Shown here: in pieces, positions 24,901 through 37,876 of the stretch
How positions within the stretch are numbered: position 1 is the stretch's first letter
Layout: each line of letters opens with the position of its first letter
From: Tubiluchus corallicola
Taxonomy: Eukaryota > Animalia > Priapulida
Length of the DNA stretch: 64,000 bases
Direction: 5' to 3'
Assembly: GCA_030141605.1 (NCBI GenBank)
Contig: JAQGDQ010000232.1
Location: 1-64,000 of the forward strand
Made by a program: the position numbers and the translations under genes
The notes under the pieces: generated by a model
What the model saw: only the letters and a program-made list of their open reading frames with translations
Database searches by the model: none
What the model was told of the DNA's origin: nothing

Positions 24901-27105
24901 CTGATGAAACCATTTAGAAGCGACTTTCCTGGCAGTCACTCATCCATTTACTAACCAGGCTACCATTACTCAACCTTGACACCTTGACAATCTGGCTATT
25001 CCTTCTCCCCAAAAAGAAGAAATAACTACAAATTTCATCAAGTACTTGTATGTTTAAATGCAATTGCGACTTTGTGTCAGAATAGTGTCAACAACAATTA
25101 ACAACTTTTAAAGGTCTCAGTCAAAGACGAGTTGCACTCTGATGCACTAATTGACACGTCTGGAGAAGCTGTCGATGTTGATAGAAGCAGTGATAATCCT
25201 GTTGATGTCCTGCACTGGTCGTCAGAGTATGTAGCTGAGGAAGAAGTTGTGTCGCCTCCAGCAGAATTCCAAGAAATGGGTTCAAGCCCTGGGAAAATGA
25301 TCCCTGATGATATGGATGATTCGGACATTGAGGACAGAGTGGATGCTTCAGCTTTGCCATCAGCTGTGAAGGTAAGCAAATTGACACATTTTGCTAAATA
25401 TATGGGTTCTAACTCAGTTAATAAAGCTTTGCTGGTACGAAGACTCTTTACTAGCGAAACACACCGGAATCCAAAAAAAAAGCATTCGGAATTGCACAAG
25501 TGGCCAGTTAGATAATATTGTGGTCTGTAGGTTTCCTTCAAAGCTCCTTAATTTACACTGCACTTCACTGCAGCTAGTTCACTAGGATAAGAACATTACG
25601 TTTAAAGCAGATTACATTTTCATGGAGTGAAACTTAACAAGTAGAATTTTAATAGATTATATATGAGCCCTTCAAATATGACTAGAAGATTAGGACCTTT
25701 GCCTGTATACGTGAAACACACAAAAAAGAACTTTTTACTAAACGAATTATATGTCAGTAAATTTAAAAAAAATCACCAATCAGCTAACAAAAACAAAATT
25801 TAGTACTACAACTATGCTTTCCTTTTTCAGGTTGAAGATTCGGACTCTTCACAGCCAAGTGGAGAACATCCTCCAAAGGTGAAAACAGCTTCTCGAAGCA
25901 CCTTGCCTTCACAGTTTTTAAAGATTGCAATGGCTTCCAAGGTAGTAACATTGATACCTTCCTTCCACTTCCTTCCGATTTCCTATCTAACTGCTGTAGC
26001 AATAATGCATGCAGTACTCAAACTAAACACACTAGGGATGTTAAACAATACAAATTTGGCAATACGATAACATACGATACGATAAATTATTTTAAACAAT
26101 AAAAGTGAACTAAATGTGTGGTTAGTTGTTAATTGTGTATAGTGTTTCATTAAATTACAATGCTGCATTTTTGTAGGATATTTTCCAATTAATGTATAGA
26201 TACATATAATTTATGAGAAAATTCTCACGAAATAGCATTAATGTGTTAGCTACAACAGATAAGCAGATTACACATAGATACATACTACGTGAGCTGCACT
26301 ACCTGCACATAATTCGGAAAATGCCTTGAAAAATAGAAATTTGCCATTCGCGCACCACTAAACCAGTTGAAGACAACCACTGACAGAAAACTAGTACAAG
26401 AAAATGATTCGAACAATCTTATAATTCTTTTTTACTTTTTTTTTTGCATAATTCCGCACACAAATTGAAAAGAAAAGTGAAGCAATTTCATAAAAGAGTG
26501 ATAAGCAGCGATATGTGCCAAATTCGATACAGTAATGATATTCCTAGAATAATATCGATACAATAAGGATAAAAACAAATTTGTTGTTTTTGGATAGAAC
26601 AAGGATAGAAATAATTATGGTGGTTTTATTTTTAGCAGCAGCTTGTAAAAGATGGTGGCCATGGCACTAGCAAGGTGAGGGCCACAGATGAGAGAAGAAG
26701 AGATGCAGCAGACAGATTTGATGTTTATGGTATGCAGCTGTATTCCTACTCCACGTCTAATTTTAAATGTTCTTTATTAACGAGTACACTTGGTTTTCTT
26801 TTACACTTTTTCGCATTTTTTCGGGTGGATGTGTATCCATGATCTTTATGACTTCTTTTGCTACAGATTTTGATATAGATGAGGAGAAGCATCAGCCATC
26901 AAAAGTTCCGCCCTTTTTCCCCGGGGTGGATGTCCTTCCCTCAGTCGATGACAAGCACAAGCACCATAAGGAGAAGAAAAAGAAGAAGAAGAACAAACAC
27001 AAGCGCAAGCACAAGCATAAACATGAGAAGCACGATAAACATGAAAAGGTGGGCAAGCACCAAAGTTCTGAAAGTTCTGCAAGGAACTCGCCATTCACTG
27101 ATTAA
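6977..27105 (+). CDS. TAF2: TFIID subunit 2 (TAF2), multi-exon, 5'-partial in this window
   Basis: Phase-compatible GT-AG exons: 6977-7074, 7714-7952, 9764-9866, 10295-10413, 10681-10894, 11393-11593, 12333-12425, 12622-12683, 15211-15325, 16154-16329, 17279-17531, 18221-18361, 18829-18939, 20856-20938, 21423-21679, 22038-22212, 22930-23029, 24118-24246, 25114-25371, 25831-25878 (or -25941), 26636-26729, 26867-27105. Motifs: [66 protein letters not shown], and the K/H-rich C-terminus [19 protein letters not shown]. The low-complexity exons after ~24100 are less certain. Confidence 0.95.
8225..8615. mobile_element. Putative MITE with ~25 bp imperfect inverted termini; contains a fragment of the CAGTAGGCGC-TIR family (~8312-8455)
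   Basis: cactcatatctcggtttgctggac at 8225 versus the reverse complement of gtccggcaaactggagatatgaatg (8591-8615); preceded by TA. Confidence 0.55.
8816..10085 (+). repeat. Source copy (copy 2) of the duplicated TAF2 segment
   Basis: Matches 2445-3664; holds the in-order TAF2 exon and the complete MITE. Confidence 0.95.
9097..9511 (+). mobile_element. Complete non-autonomous hAT (Charlie-like) MITE, 415 bp
   Basis: TIRs cacgggtgtgcaaa / tttgcacacccctg (1 mismatch), subterminal (t)gcggccc repeats, perfect 8-bp TSD cactaaac (9089-9096, 9512-9519). Confidence 0.9.
12862..13333 (+). mobile_element. Internally deleted hAT (Tip100/ZMYM1-like) element
   Basis: Termini cagaggcggatta ... tatccgctacag; 8-bp TSD atgatacc/ataatacc; repeated gggccttaggctt subtermini; 12974-13093 encodes [39 protein letters not shown], resembling a hAT transposase C-terminus. 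Confidence 0.8.
14277..14315 (-). ncRNA. Minimal type I hammerhead ribozyme-like motif (Penelope-element type)
   Basis: Minus strand reads UGCC UUGACAA U GAACA guu UGUUC GAAA C cg G UC GGCA: stem I, U3/A8 core variant, stem II, GAAA, palindromic ACCGGU stem III and a GUC site, followed by AAUAAA. Confidence 0.65.
18708..18799. repeat. Direct tandem duplication of ~45 bp
   Basis: atttgctaagcttgggtaaataaatgtaattgtgtttacataggac occurs twice. Confidence 0.9.
18975..19755. repeat. Compound degenerate tandem repeat / minisatellite in TAF2 intron
   Basis: Recurring modules ttctctgctcaagattgtcattt, ctctgccacaaaat, aataaagcaacatttactt and tatctcatggcaatat. Confidence 0.85.
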
Positions 27106-28497
27106 AACAGATTCTTACAAGAACACATTATTTCTTATCCTGGCACGTAAAGTAATCGACGGGCCTAAGACAACTAGTCAGATGAATCTCGATTCTCGCA
27201 CTGGAGGTCAGAGATGGAGTGATGTATAATTATGACTCCAAGGACAGCTTAACTGGATGACTGAACCATGGTGTTCAGTGTACCAATATACTTTAAAATA
27301 ATAGTTCTAACAACTGCTTGACTGGTCGACTATGTCCAGATAAATCAGTACCAAGAAATTTCTCGTCCCGTTGAATTTTAGCTATTTTTGTAAATTTGGC
27401 AAGCATTCTCTAGGGGGGGAATTTCATTCCAAGTCTGAAATTTAAGAATTAATTATTCTCTTCTATATAAAGCAGAAAGTTAGTACCTTACAAGTAGCTT
27501 GAGCAATCAGGTGGCGAGTTCAATGATGATAAACTTATAACAGTCACGAATTTGTTTCTGTACAAAAAAAGTGACCTGAATGAAGACAGAACGATAACCT
27601 GCCAGTAAAGGAGGATGGTATACTTTTGTTATTCAAGCTCAATGTCATTATACATAAAAATGTCAAGTTCTCAAATTGCGTTTCCCAGCTGTATAATAAA
27701 TGAATCATTTCCATTATTTGTAAATATGTTCTTCCGCAATAGATATCCAAACTGTACATAATTATGAAAATAAAAATGTTACAAATGTATTTCTTCTGCA
27801 TTATTTTAATTCTTCAGGGTTAAATTGAGTGGAAGAAATATAGTATACAAAAACCAGTACATGGTTGCTTTCACAATTATAAAATGTTGATAGAAGTTTC
27901 GCAATCAAACTAAAATCTGATACTGTACAATTCATAAAGATGAAATTTGGTACTGAATGAATATACTGTGATGTATATTTCACATATCGATATGTGAATG
28001 AATAAATATGAACCAGTAGCAGAATAACCTGAAGTGAATGTGTACAACTATGAAAAATATCATCAGAACTAGGCGATCGACAATCATTCGACAATAGTAA
28101 CATTGTTCTCTAATTAAGTTCAACTATGCACCTTTAAAGCAAGCAACAATTTCTTTGCAGCATAGGTATATTGAACGAACAGGTTTTGAAGTTCAGGTTG
28201 GGGGAACTTTTTCTGGCACTGTTTCGGAATTATTCGGATGAATTAATGCTCAACAAACTGAATAGGACAAAATAAAACGGGCGAAATGTGTGGAATTCCC
28301 ATCATTGCCTCGCCTTGACTGTTGAGTTTCTTAGCCTGGTATTTGTGTTCAAAGTTGAGACTTTCATCTCAGTTATGATCATAGCAAGCCTTCTGTTGGG
28401 TCAAGCTGGATGCAAAAACTCAAAATCAAGAATTTAATTGTACTACATATTTATTAATTTTAGTGAAAGAAAAATATTCTATTCTAGTTTTAAGTTG

Positions 28498-31400
28498 CTA
28501 TGAAGTAGCTTGTAATTCTTCCTCCTTTGCGCTGTCAAGTAAACTGGGAGAAGACGAGTCAGTTTGCTCCGGTTCACCTGGAAGCCTTCCGGGATTCTAA
28601 AATAAAATACTTGATAAACCACTACTCCATATAATTTTCATATGCTTGTGTTATACTAGTCACATTGTCATACATTGGTTTTTAACCTCACCCAACTGCC
28701 AGCATTTGTACATCATTATCAGCAATAGCGTGCATTTGAACTCAACATAAAATATACTAACAGCAGTGCTGTACTAGCTTTGTTGGTTTTTTCAACTATG
28801 TCATATCTTTATCTAGTTTCCTGACCACGATACGACATTTCGGGATAAGGGTACACATGAAAGACTGTAAAAATCAGTTTTTGTCTATTAACATTATTAT
28901 AAAAATATTAATTTACTCAACTACATAGAAAAATAGCTACGACAGGTGACTCCCTGCCAATGCTTCTACTTTATTTTAAGCAAAACAGGAAATAACATCA
29001 CTGACGCACAGTAAAATTAATTAGCACCTTTCTATAACAAAATCCAAATGAAGAATATATTGTAAGCAATGTAGCTGACGGTTTACAAACATCCGAGGCA
29101 ACATTTGAGGTGTAGCATTAGTGGAGTCTAGGTAATGCAATTACAAACATGTAGAAAATGACATCTTGCCTGTCTTATCAAATAAAACTTAATTTGTACG
29201 AGCATAGCAATTGGCAGAAGCGATCTTGCCTGAACAAAAGTTAATATTTAGTCTTTACAGATTACCGGAAATTAATTTTGCAGTCTTGCATGGTATCTAC
29301 ACTGCTATAACAAGCAGTACAACAATTGCAACTCAATATGATTTTCAAGGTCTTCTATGTTTATAGAAAATATTTGGCATAAATGCATAGTTCTAGTATG
29401 AAAGCACAATGCTAACGAACTTACCAGTTTTTGGGCTCGTTCAAGCAAAAGTTTCCATGTGAAATTCCTAGTCTGAAGAAGAAGAAAGTTTTAAACACAT
29501 CACTTAAAATAACAGAAACAAAATTATAAAGAAAAAATACAGAGGCATATGCGCGTTTAAATGATATTATGAATATTTGTGAATACTAGCATTACACGTA
29601 CTGCTAATGCAGATACAAGTTTAGCAACTAAATTAAAGTCTGATAATGTGCAATGCATAAACATAAAATTTAATATTCAATAAATATACTGTGACACAAA
29701 TATATCACATACCAAATCTAATGTGAATAAATAGGAACAAATCGCAGAATAATCTGAAGATTAAACATACATAATGTGCCGAAGTTTTGATTATGAATTA
29801 CAAGAATAAAACAATGGAATCTCTAGAAAAATACTACAGTGATGTTGCACTCGCTTATGTATAAAGAGCAAAAATTTTAGATTTTCTTAGATTTTTCCAA
29901 AAATAAGACACAAAAGTTTTAAATTAAGAAGTCAAAAACATAAATGCCGAAAAAATTCTGCATGTCATTATTACTGAAACTTACAGCAAGTGCTTTATGT
30001 GTTCATAATTTTCAATGCAACTAGATAAAGGCATTTCTTTCAACAGCCTATACAGTTTCTCATTTCTTAAGATGGTATTTGGTTTCAGCACTCAATAATT
30101 CTAGCATTTATTTCTGCGTTAAACAGCTATGTGTAGCCATCATACACTTTCTCGCTAAGGAAATACACAATACCATACTCCAGAGGATTAAGTTCAATTT
30201 TAAATCTTTATCGGTGCTTTAGTTTCTGTTGTGAAGATACATATGTAAATTGGTCGCTTCCTTTATTGTTTCGCTCCATGTATTGAGTGTTTAATATGTC
30301 ACTGAACATGAAATTTTTCAGTTGACAATTAGCTGACATTGTTCCTGCATTTAATTTTTTAACATGCTGACGTTTTCCAGCCATAGTTTAAAAACCACTG
30401 AAACTATAAACTTGTAACTTTCACAGCCAAAAGTCAATGTACTGTGAAATTTCAACTTTGTAGGAAACTCGCTTCTAATATAATTATAGTTTAATCTTTG
30501 GCGCACCTTTTCTGCACCACTCAATATATATGCATTAATTTTAATGAGAATTTCAATAATTAATAATAATTTTTTGAATAAAGTTGAACAATTTCCTAAT
30601 AACCAAAAAAATGTAAAAATATTCAAATAAACAGTTTTATCGATGCAGAACATCAGCAATTTACAATATGTTTATTGGAGTAACAGTAACAACAGCTGGA
30701 CATAACTATATCGGTCTTGCTTGTGTAGAACCAAGTTTTACAAACTTGCCTTTTTATTGCTAATCGATAATTGCTGATGCTATTCGTAAAAGTTACAGAA
30801 AAGACTTACAGTAAGTTGAGTTGGCAAAGCTAGTCCTTGAACTCTGTACAAGAGACCAAACCTCGTGTGAATTTGGTGCACCTATCCAAAATAAACACAA
30901 AAATAATGCACATAATTGTAAACACTAATATATGGTAAAATAATATAATCTGTATGCAAAATGCAAATACTGAAGTTTTACATGTTCAGTCAAATACAAA
31001 AACACCAAATTATAGCAATGTTAAGTGCGGCAGTCAACACAGAATTTAAATTGATTGTGTGATTAAATTGAATTTAAATGTGATCGCCTAAAAAATCGCT
31101 AGACTGACAAGGGTTCATTAGCTGAGGAACGGAACACACTTATGCAATGCTTACCAACTCCTACTAACAAGTGAAAGAAGGAGTTTAAGTTTAGCAGTTG
31201 ATACACTTAGACTTGTCTAATCAATTAGACATCAATTAATACTCATTAATTAGTAAATACAAACTTGTTTTAATTTTTTTTACACTGGATGACAATTTTC
31301 CAGTATGGCAAAGTAATGTCTAGACAGTGAAAAAAAAGCCCAATACAGTTACTATAAACAGGCTAGAATAGTGCCAACAGATTGGTTGCTCGTAAGTGCA

Positions 31401-34400
31401 TTACGAATGTAGTAAGTCTTTGTTGACAGCATTACAGGCACACAAACTTCGAATAAGTGTACAACATACAGCACTTAAAGCGAATAAACCAATAAGAGAT
31501 GGATCTGCTATCATTGGACCTCCACTAATATCAACATGATCGCCGAGTCTGTAGAGAGGTACCGTGTTCCCGGTCCGAGATTTTGCAGCAATGTGTGGAA
31601 TTTGATCTATTTTATATCTAAAAAGCAAAGAATGTGGTATTTAACCAAACACGGTAATACTGAATTTGTTAAATATTTAAGAATTATATTCAAATAATTA
31701 ATATTGAATAGTTGAAGTCAGTTATGATTATTTTATGAAGAAGACAAAAATTTATCTGAATTATTTCTTTTGTTATCCAACCAAGAATTAAAATTTTTGA
31801 ACAGTCACATTTAATGTTATAACTAAAAGTGTTGCAAACAAATGCATTGTTTCAACATCTAAGGAAGCTCACAGTCATATGCTATAATGTATATTCCTTA
31901 GCCAATGCCTCCATATTTAATACATAACAGTAATTACAGTTTTTATGTAGTATCGTACCCTGAACGCCATATCCAGCACCCAACTATACAGCATATAAAT
32001 GGATGTGGCAGGATTGAAAACTAAATACTAATTACCACATTCAGTGCATACCATGAGTGTTCAGCTATTATCTTCTTGATAATAAGATGCAGAACTAGTA
32101 CACTGCACAATGGAATATGTGACTATAAACAAAGAACCATAGCATGTAATTCTATGTAAAAAACAATAATTGCATTACCTATTATGCTCAAACATATTTT
32201 CAGCTATTTTGGCATCGACATCAAGCCGCTCAAAAACTTTTGCATCCTTTTGAAGCTGAACTCTGTACCCAATCCGCGTCAAGCAATTGATTTCCTCCAA
32301 TGTTGGTACCCAGTCATGGAGTTTTAGGTCCACATCATATACAAAGCTTCCACTCTTGACTGTATATAACATTTGAAAAATTTAACCAGCCTTTATTTTG
32401 CTACACAAATAAAAAACTGAATGACCCTTTTCTTAGCTTCAAAAAGCAGACTTTTTATTTATTTCAGGAGCTTTTGTTAGTTATGGAGTAAAGATGACAA
32501 GTCAGGAAAGGAAGATTGCTCTCATATTTTAAGGCAATGTGCATTTTACAGCAAAGCTGTTATTGCCAACAATCATAACACTTTCTTAAACGCATGTATA
32601 GAATCCTCAGTTCACCTTATTTAAACTAGTTTCCAGACAGTACATATACAAAATGTCCTTTGAATTTAAAAATACGTATTTAAATTTTAGAATCAGAATA
32701 ATAATTTCTACAACAAAATGCAAATATGTTGTGCAAATTGACCACAATAAAAATTTAATATGATTTTTTAAAAATCAGCAATTTCTACAAAAGTAACAAA
32801 ACAGTTGAAACGGAAAACAGTTGAAAATTCAACTCATTTGTCACAAGATGTCACTAGCAAAAGGCATACAGCAATCAATAATTGCAGTGCTTCAACACGT
32901 TAAATGGACACCTGAGGTGCCCTGCAGTTATTATATTTTTTGGTTGGTTCTGTTACAATGCCAAAATACATACAGCAAAAGACAAATCCACGAAACCTGA
33001 CTAGATCCCAAATCCTTGTATGTAATCTAACAGTAAGAATCTTTAAAAAATAAAAAAACTAACTTTATCAGCGTGCTTTAGTAGCAAAAGCATATACTTA
33101 CTGTCAGGGGCAGGCCAGCTATGCAGTTCAACGTATATATGATCTTTAAATGCTCTGTTCATGATGTAGCCCAGCAGGAATGAACCGGTTCGCCAAAATG
33201 CCTACAACACGAAATCTGAAACTAATAACTAATGGTTGGTAATATTAGGTACATTGGTTTCATTTCATACAAATCTGCATATTTAAAACTACAATAATGC
33301 AGACTGCATAATGAATGAATATTATTTTTTAAGTTTTAAGCAACATCTGAATAAGGAAATAGCATTAATAAATACAGCTCTGCTTTCCAACTTTTGATTT
33401 TGATTTGAAAACTAAAAGCAGATGATTTAATACCATGAGTTAAATTTCCATTTCGTAAAAATTCAAAGATCAAACATTTAGTATCAAAAAACAGAAGGTA
33501 TCAACTAGTCGATTCACACCGAGATCTCTGTAGGAGTAGAAAAATATGAAATCATACTACAATGCTGGAAAGACAAGGAGTCATACTTGTATGCTGATTG
33601 CAGATCATTGTCAATTACCCAATGCCTTTCAACACATTAATTATACTTTTGCCACTAAAAGCTGCAACTTCCCTATTTTTAAGGACAAAATTTTTTTAGA
33701 AGTTGTAATCTTAAACCTCAATGAAACAACAACAAAAAACCACACACACGAACCTTATTGGCGTGATATGGATTTTCATCAGTAAAATGTGAGAATCGTA
33801 ATTCACAATCGTCAGTCAATGGACGATGCATGTCCCATGGCTTCCCATCAACCAGTGCAATTGCTGACTGCTTCGTTAAATGTTCACTCAAATCTAAGGA
33901 AATGTATCAAACACATTTAGCTAGCCTAACTGAATTCATGTTAAATTATCACAGTACACTTCTGTTATCGTTACACTGAATGCATTCAACTTGCAACAGC
34001 TGATAATCATTGTAAGAAAATTACTATTGCGGCAATGACTTGCATTTCAGTTAAAGCAAGTAACATATTTGGTAACACGTTTTTAACTCATTTATAATTC
34101 TATAATAACAGTTAAATTTAGCACACTTTAGACAAGGCTAGCATTCATTTTTTCCTGTTTTTACATCTGTGAAGTTCAGGGAGATAAATTTAGAAATCAG
34201 GAACACAGTGCAAATTTGAAGTTTATTAGAATATTTTACGTAAATAAGTAACATATTAAATATTGAAGAATGGGTATAAAACCATTTAGCTTAATTAAGA
34301 AAAACTTGCATTAGTTAAGACTTGATAATAAAGTATTTTGTAATAATTTTAAAAATGCAAACACAGCCAATTATATTATTTTTTTAAAGATACATAATTA

Positions 34401-37400
34401 AATATTTTAAAAGTTACAAGGAAAATATTTATGTAACAACAATTGTAAAGAGCAAATGTTGTAAAAACATACGCATGGCACAGTTATAAGGTGTAGATAT
34501 GTTCTTGTTCATTATCAAGGTAGTATCATCTTCTAATCCTCTGTACTCTACTTTTATTTTTTCTACTCGTTTAACAAGAGAAGCCTGGTGGTGCTTCTCT
34601 TCTTCAAATAATTCATTACATTTCAATCGAGCAGCAGTGTTCGTCATACCAGCAGCTGTGCACAACATTCCTAATAAATAGCAAAAATATAATTCAATAA
34701 TTATACTGTTTGGCACCTGCTTTGGTTGAATCTCCTTTAAGCACATTTTAACTTTAAGAGGGAACATAACAGAAAGTAATCATATACAAATCAGGTGTTG
34801 AAATTTACATTAGTCAAAGGCTAGCAAAATTTTGTAAGGTTTAATGTAATTAGCCAACAGGCGAGCAGCTGAATCAGACAAGATATTTACCCTGTTTACA
34901 TGCATTGTGCACACATGTTTTGAGTATGTGCTGGCAGAAAATATAGTTTTGGTTATCCATTTTTTACGACTCAGCACACTTATAAAAATAATTTTCTTGC
35001 ATTCTGCAAAAAACTATTTTTCTATGACAGACAGACCCCCGTTCTAATAAACCTATGTGCAACTCAAGTGCTTGCTGGCTTGTTGGGAATATAAGCACAA
35101 CAAACAAATAATACATTATTGGTAACTATTTGGACAATAGTGTATAAAATGTATAACAATAGCAAATTACAAATCATCAAATAAAACAGTAAAATGTATT
35201 TGACTGAGTGTTTTCTTGTTACTTTTGCTTAAATAATTTAATACAAAAAATATTTTTGCAATAGTAGTTACACTTAAATTACTCATTAGTTACATTATGT
35301 AACACACATATTGTGCAACTATATAAATTTCTTTGCAAATTCATACTTCATCTTTTTGACTAAGGATTAGTAAGACCCGTTACAAACTAATTATTTTTAC
35401 AGGTTACTAGTCCTATATACTAGTATGCCATATTTGTGAACTTCAGCCCTTGCATATCATGTCACACAAAAATTATGTTATATTGCAGAGTGGCTAAACT
35501 GCACAACAAAATAACCTGACCTGCTTAATTTAAGAATTCTTGGCCAATAGGTCAATCAATCCTACATTTTTTTCAAAGTAAACATTCATCCAGCACTACG
35601 AAAAATCCTTTACACAAAACTGAGTAATGCAGTATATTATAATATGCATGATGTTTTAAATTATTAAGAAAAGTTATTACTGTAGAACAGATACAAAAAG
35701 TGGCTGATGAAAACCAAAGTAGCTAATGTAAACTTAAAAACTTCAAAAATTTATGAAAAATAATGTTTTAATGTAATGAAAGTAGAACAAACTTTTTTTG
35801 TAAAATAATAATAAATAATGAGCTTCAATTAGATTAGCTGCTTTTTAATCGTCTGTGTCTGTTAACTTTGCCAAGCTTTGGTAATAATATAAACCAAACA
35901 AAATCAAACAAAATAGATGATTTACATTCGGCATCGAATATTCGAATTACATTCGGGTAAATGCAAACTTTCGATCATTTCTGTCCTCACCCAACTAGTA
36001 ATAAGCATCTGGAATGAAATTCACTAGGATAGTTAGTATAGTATAAAACTAATACAAATTAACCGACTATTGCGATTGAGTTAATGACTAATGAGTCACA
36101 GCATGAAAAAGCAGTGACAAGTGAAAAGTTTTTTTTACAGAAACAAGTAGTTTAACAAAAGGTGAAAAAATAATTAAAGCAAAAGAAATGTGCATAATTG
36201 ATGAAATATGTTTTATAATTGATTTTACTTGTCGCATATGCACAGGAAGCTTTTTAAGCTAAAAATAACTTATTTAGAAAAATATGTTGTAAAAAATAAA
36301 GGAAGCACTTATCGAAGAACACATACAAAATTGAGAGAAATAATCTGATTAAAGACTAAGCACATAGATGATAAACGAAACAATAAAATTTGTAATTGTC
36401 TGTAATCTGACAATAAGCCACAAAAACTAATATCAGAAAAAACTGTAAATGTGAATAAGGAGCCGAGTTTGAGATCTTATGTTTTTATAAGAATTGCCTA
36501 TATGCCCAATACACCGGTTTTAAGCAACAAATGATAAAAGTAACAGCATTAACATTGATTTTTATATATAATAGTTCAAACTCGGGCTGTACGGAAGATT
36601 ATTGCCAGCACAATAATCGCAGTCACCTGTGCATGAGGGATTAGCCAGTTAAGAAAATTCACTTAAAAATTGAACGTAAGGTTACTGCATTTAAAATAAA
36701 CATTTTTCTCTTGCCCTATAATGCACAGTGATGTCAATTGTGTCTTTCTGAATCCAACTGTTACTGATTGGATAAAAAATTATAGTGTTGGGCATTTGAC
36801 AATATAGTAGGCGCAGCTCATGAAGTTCTCATAATTATAAAAAACGTTAAAAATCTGTTGCTGTGTGATGCACGTATTCTCGCAAAACATTTAGTGCTTG
36901 GCATGCTTCAGCTGCAGTTAGTTGTGCCCTTGTTTCCCTTTCAAGTGGTTTCGTCGGTTTGTCTTGGCTCCCCTTGCAATGGTGACAATTTCGTCATTTG
37001 TTATTTGCAATGCGGCCTGAATGGAAAGCTTCAAAAGGAACCTGCTAGACAAGTGATTAAATATTTAGCTTCCAGAAATTTTTTGGGTAGTTGCAGTGGA
37101 CGAGCGGGTAACAGATTCAAAGCAAAACCGCTAGGCTAGTGTATTAGCGCATGATAAACATACCTGCTTACAAACAAAACGGTAATAAAGATGATTATTT
37201 CTAGATATATTATAGTGCACAAAAGCGAAGATAACTTAATAGTAGGAAAGGCTCTTTGGACACATACAAATATCTTAATCTTATTTTATGTACGTGAAGG
37301 AAAATAATGAGTCAATTATGCGGAGTTATTCAAGGCAATTACAGATAGATTTTATGTGCATTTGAATAGGAGGCGTTTTTGAGATAATTAAGAGACTGAG

Positions 37401-37555
37401 TCTATTAACAGTGCGCCTAATAAACGGCGCCTACTGACTGTAATTACTTTCAGTGACAACTTGTCAATTTGCAGCCATGCCTTCTTACTTTTATAAACTC
37501 CAAGCCACTTCAATACTCTTCGACAAGAAAGACTAGATGACGACGTCGACGACAT
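28498..37555 (-). CDS. MRPL39: Mitochondrial ribosomal protein L39 (mL39)
   Basis: Nine phase-compatible exons (minus strand): 37555-37489, 34670-34473, 33893-33754, 33201-33102, 32359-32179, 31617-31470, 30881-30810, 29472-29425, 28596-28498. Motifs MNKNISTPYNCA, ALVDGKPWDMHRPL (TGS-like), NKAFWRTGSFLLG, SGSFVYDV, LYRLGDHVDISGGPMI, YRVQGLALP. Confidence 0.93.
36805..37436. mobile_element. pogo/Tigger-like MITE (CAGTAGGCGC TIR family)
   Basis: Termini tagtaggcgc ... gcgcctactg; the body is collinear with ~41100-42019 and partly with 8312-8455 (inverted). Confidence 0.7.
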
Positions 37556-37876
37556 AACTCCAATGACTTCCTAAAAGTCTTAACCTCACTATAGCTAATT
37601 ACAAAAATAACGAAACCACTGAAAGGTTTTAATACACATTCACGCAAATTCACACATGCTCTGATCCAAGCATACGGTGTACCACGTGCTCATTTGATAG
37701 CGCGTCCTCTTTCGGCCACTTGTTTGTAAATAGTATCCAATAGCAACTGTGGACGCTTTTACTGCTCAAGACAAAATTTTTTATCTCAAGTTTTTTCAAT
37801 ATTTTCTTGTTATACGTGTCCCGGTTTTGTTGCCCTATTCTGTTATTTGAAGTATCGATCTGTATAGCCAAAAGTC
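37556..37876. promoter_or_regulatory. Candidate bidirectional promoter MRPL39/CFAP45
   Basis: Divergent ATGs 321 bp apart; E-box CACGTG (~37683), forkhead-like TGTTTGTAAATA (37721-37732), X-box-like GTATCCAATAGCAAC (37733-37747); locally CpG-richer than the flanks. Confidence 0.7.

Noticed and set aside
26861-27229. Alternative-frame and antisense ORFs over the TAF2 last exon
   Set aside because: By-products of the low-complexity K/H-coding sequence.
27519-27604. Possible C/D box snoRNA (ATGATGA...CTGA with a 4-bp terminal stem)
   Set aside because: Lies in the TAF2 3' UTR region rather than an intron, has no recognisable guide, and such motifs arise easily by chance in AT-rich DNA.
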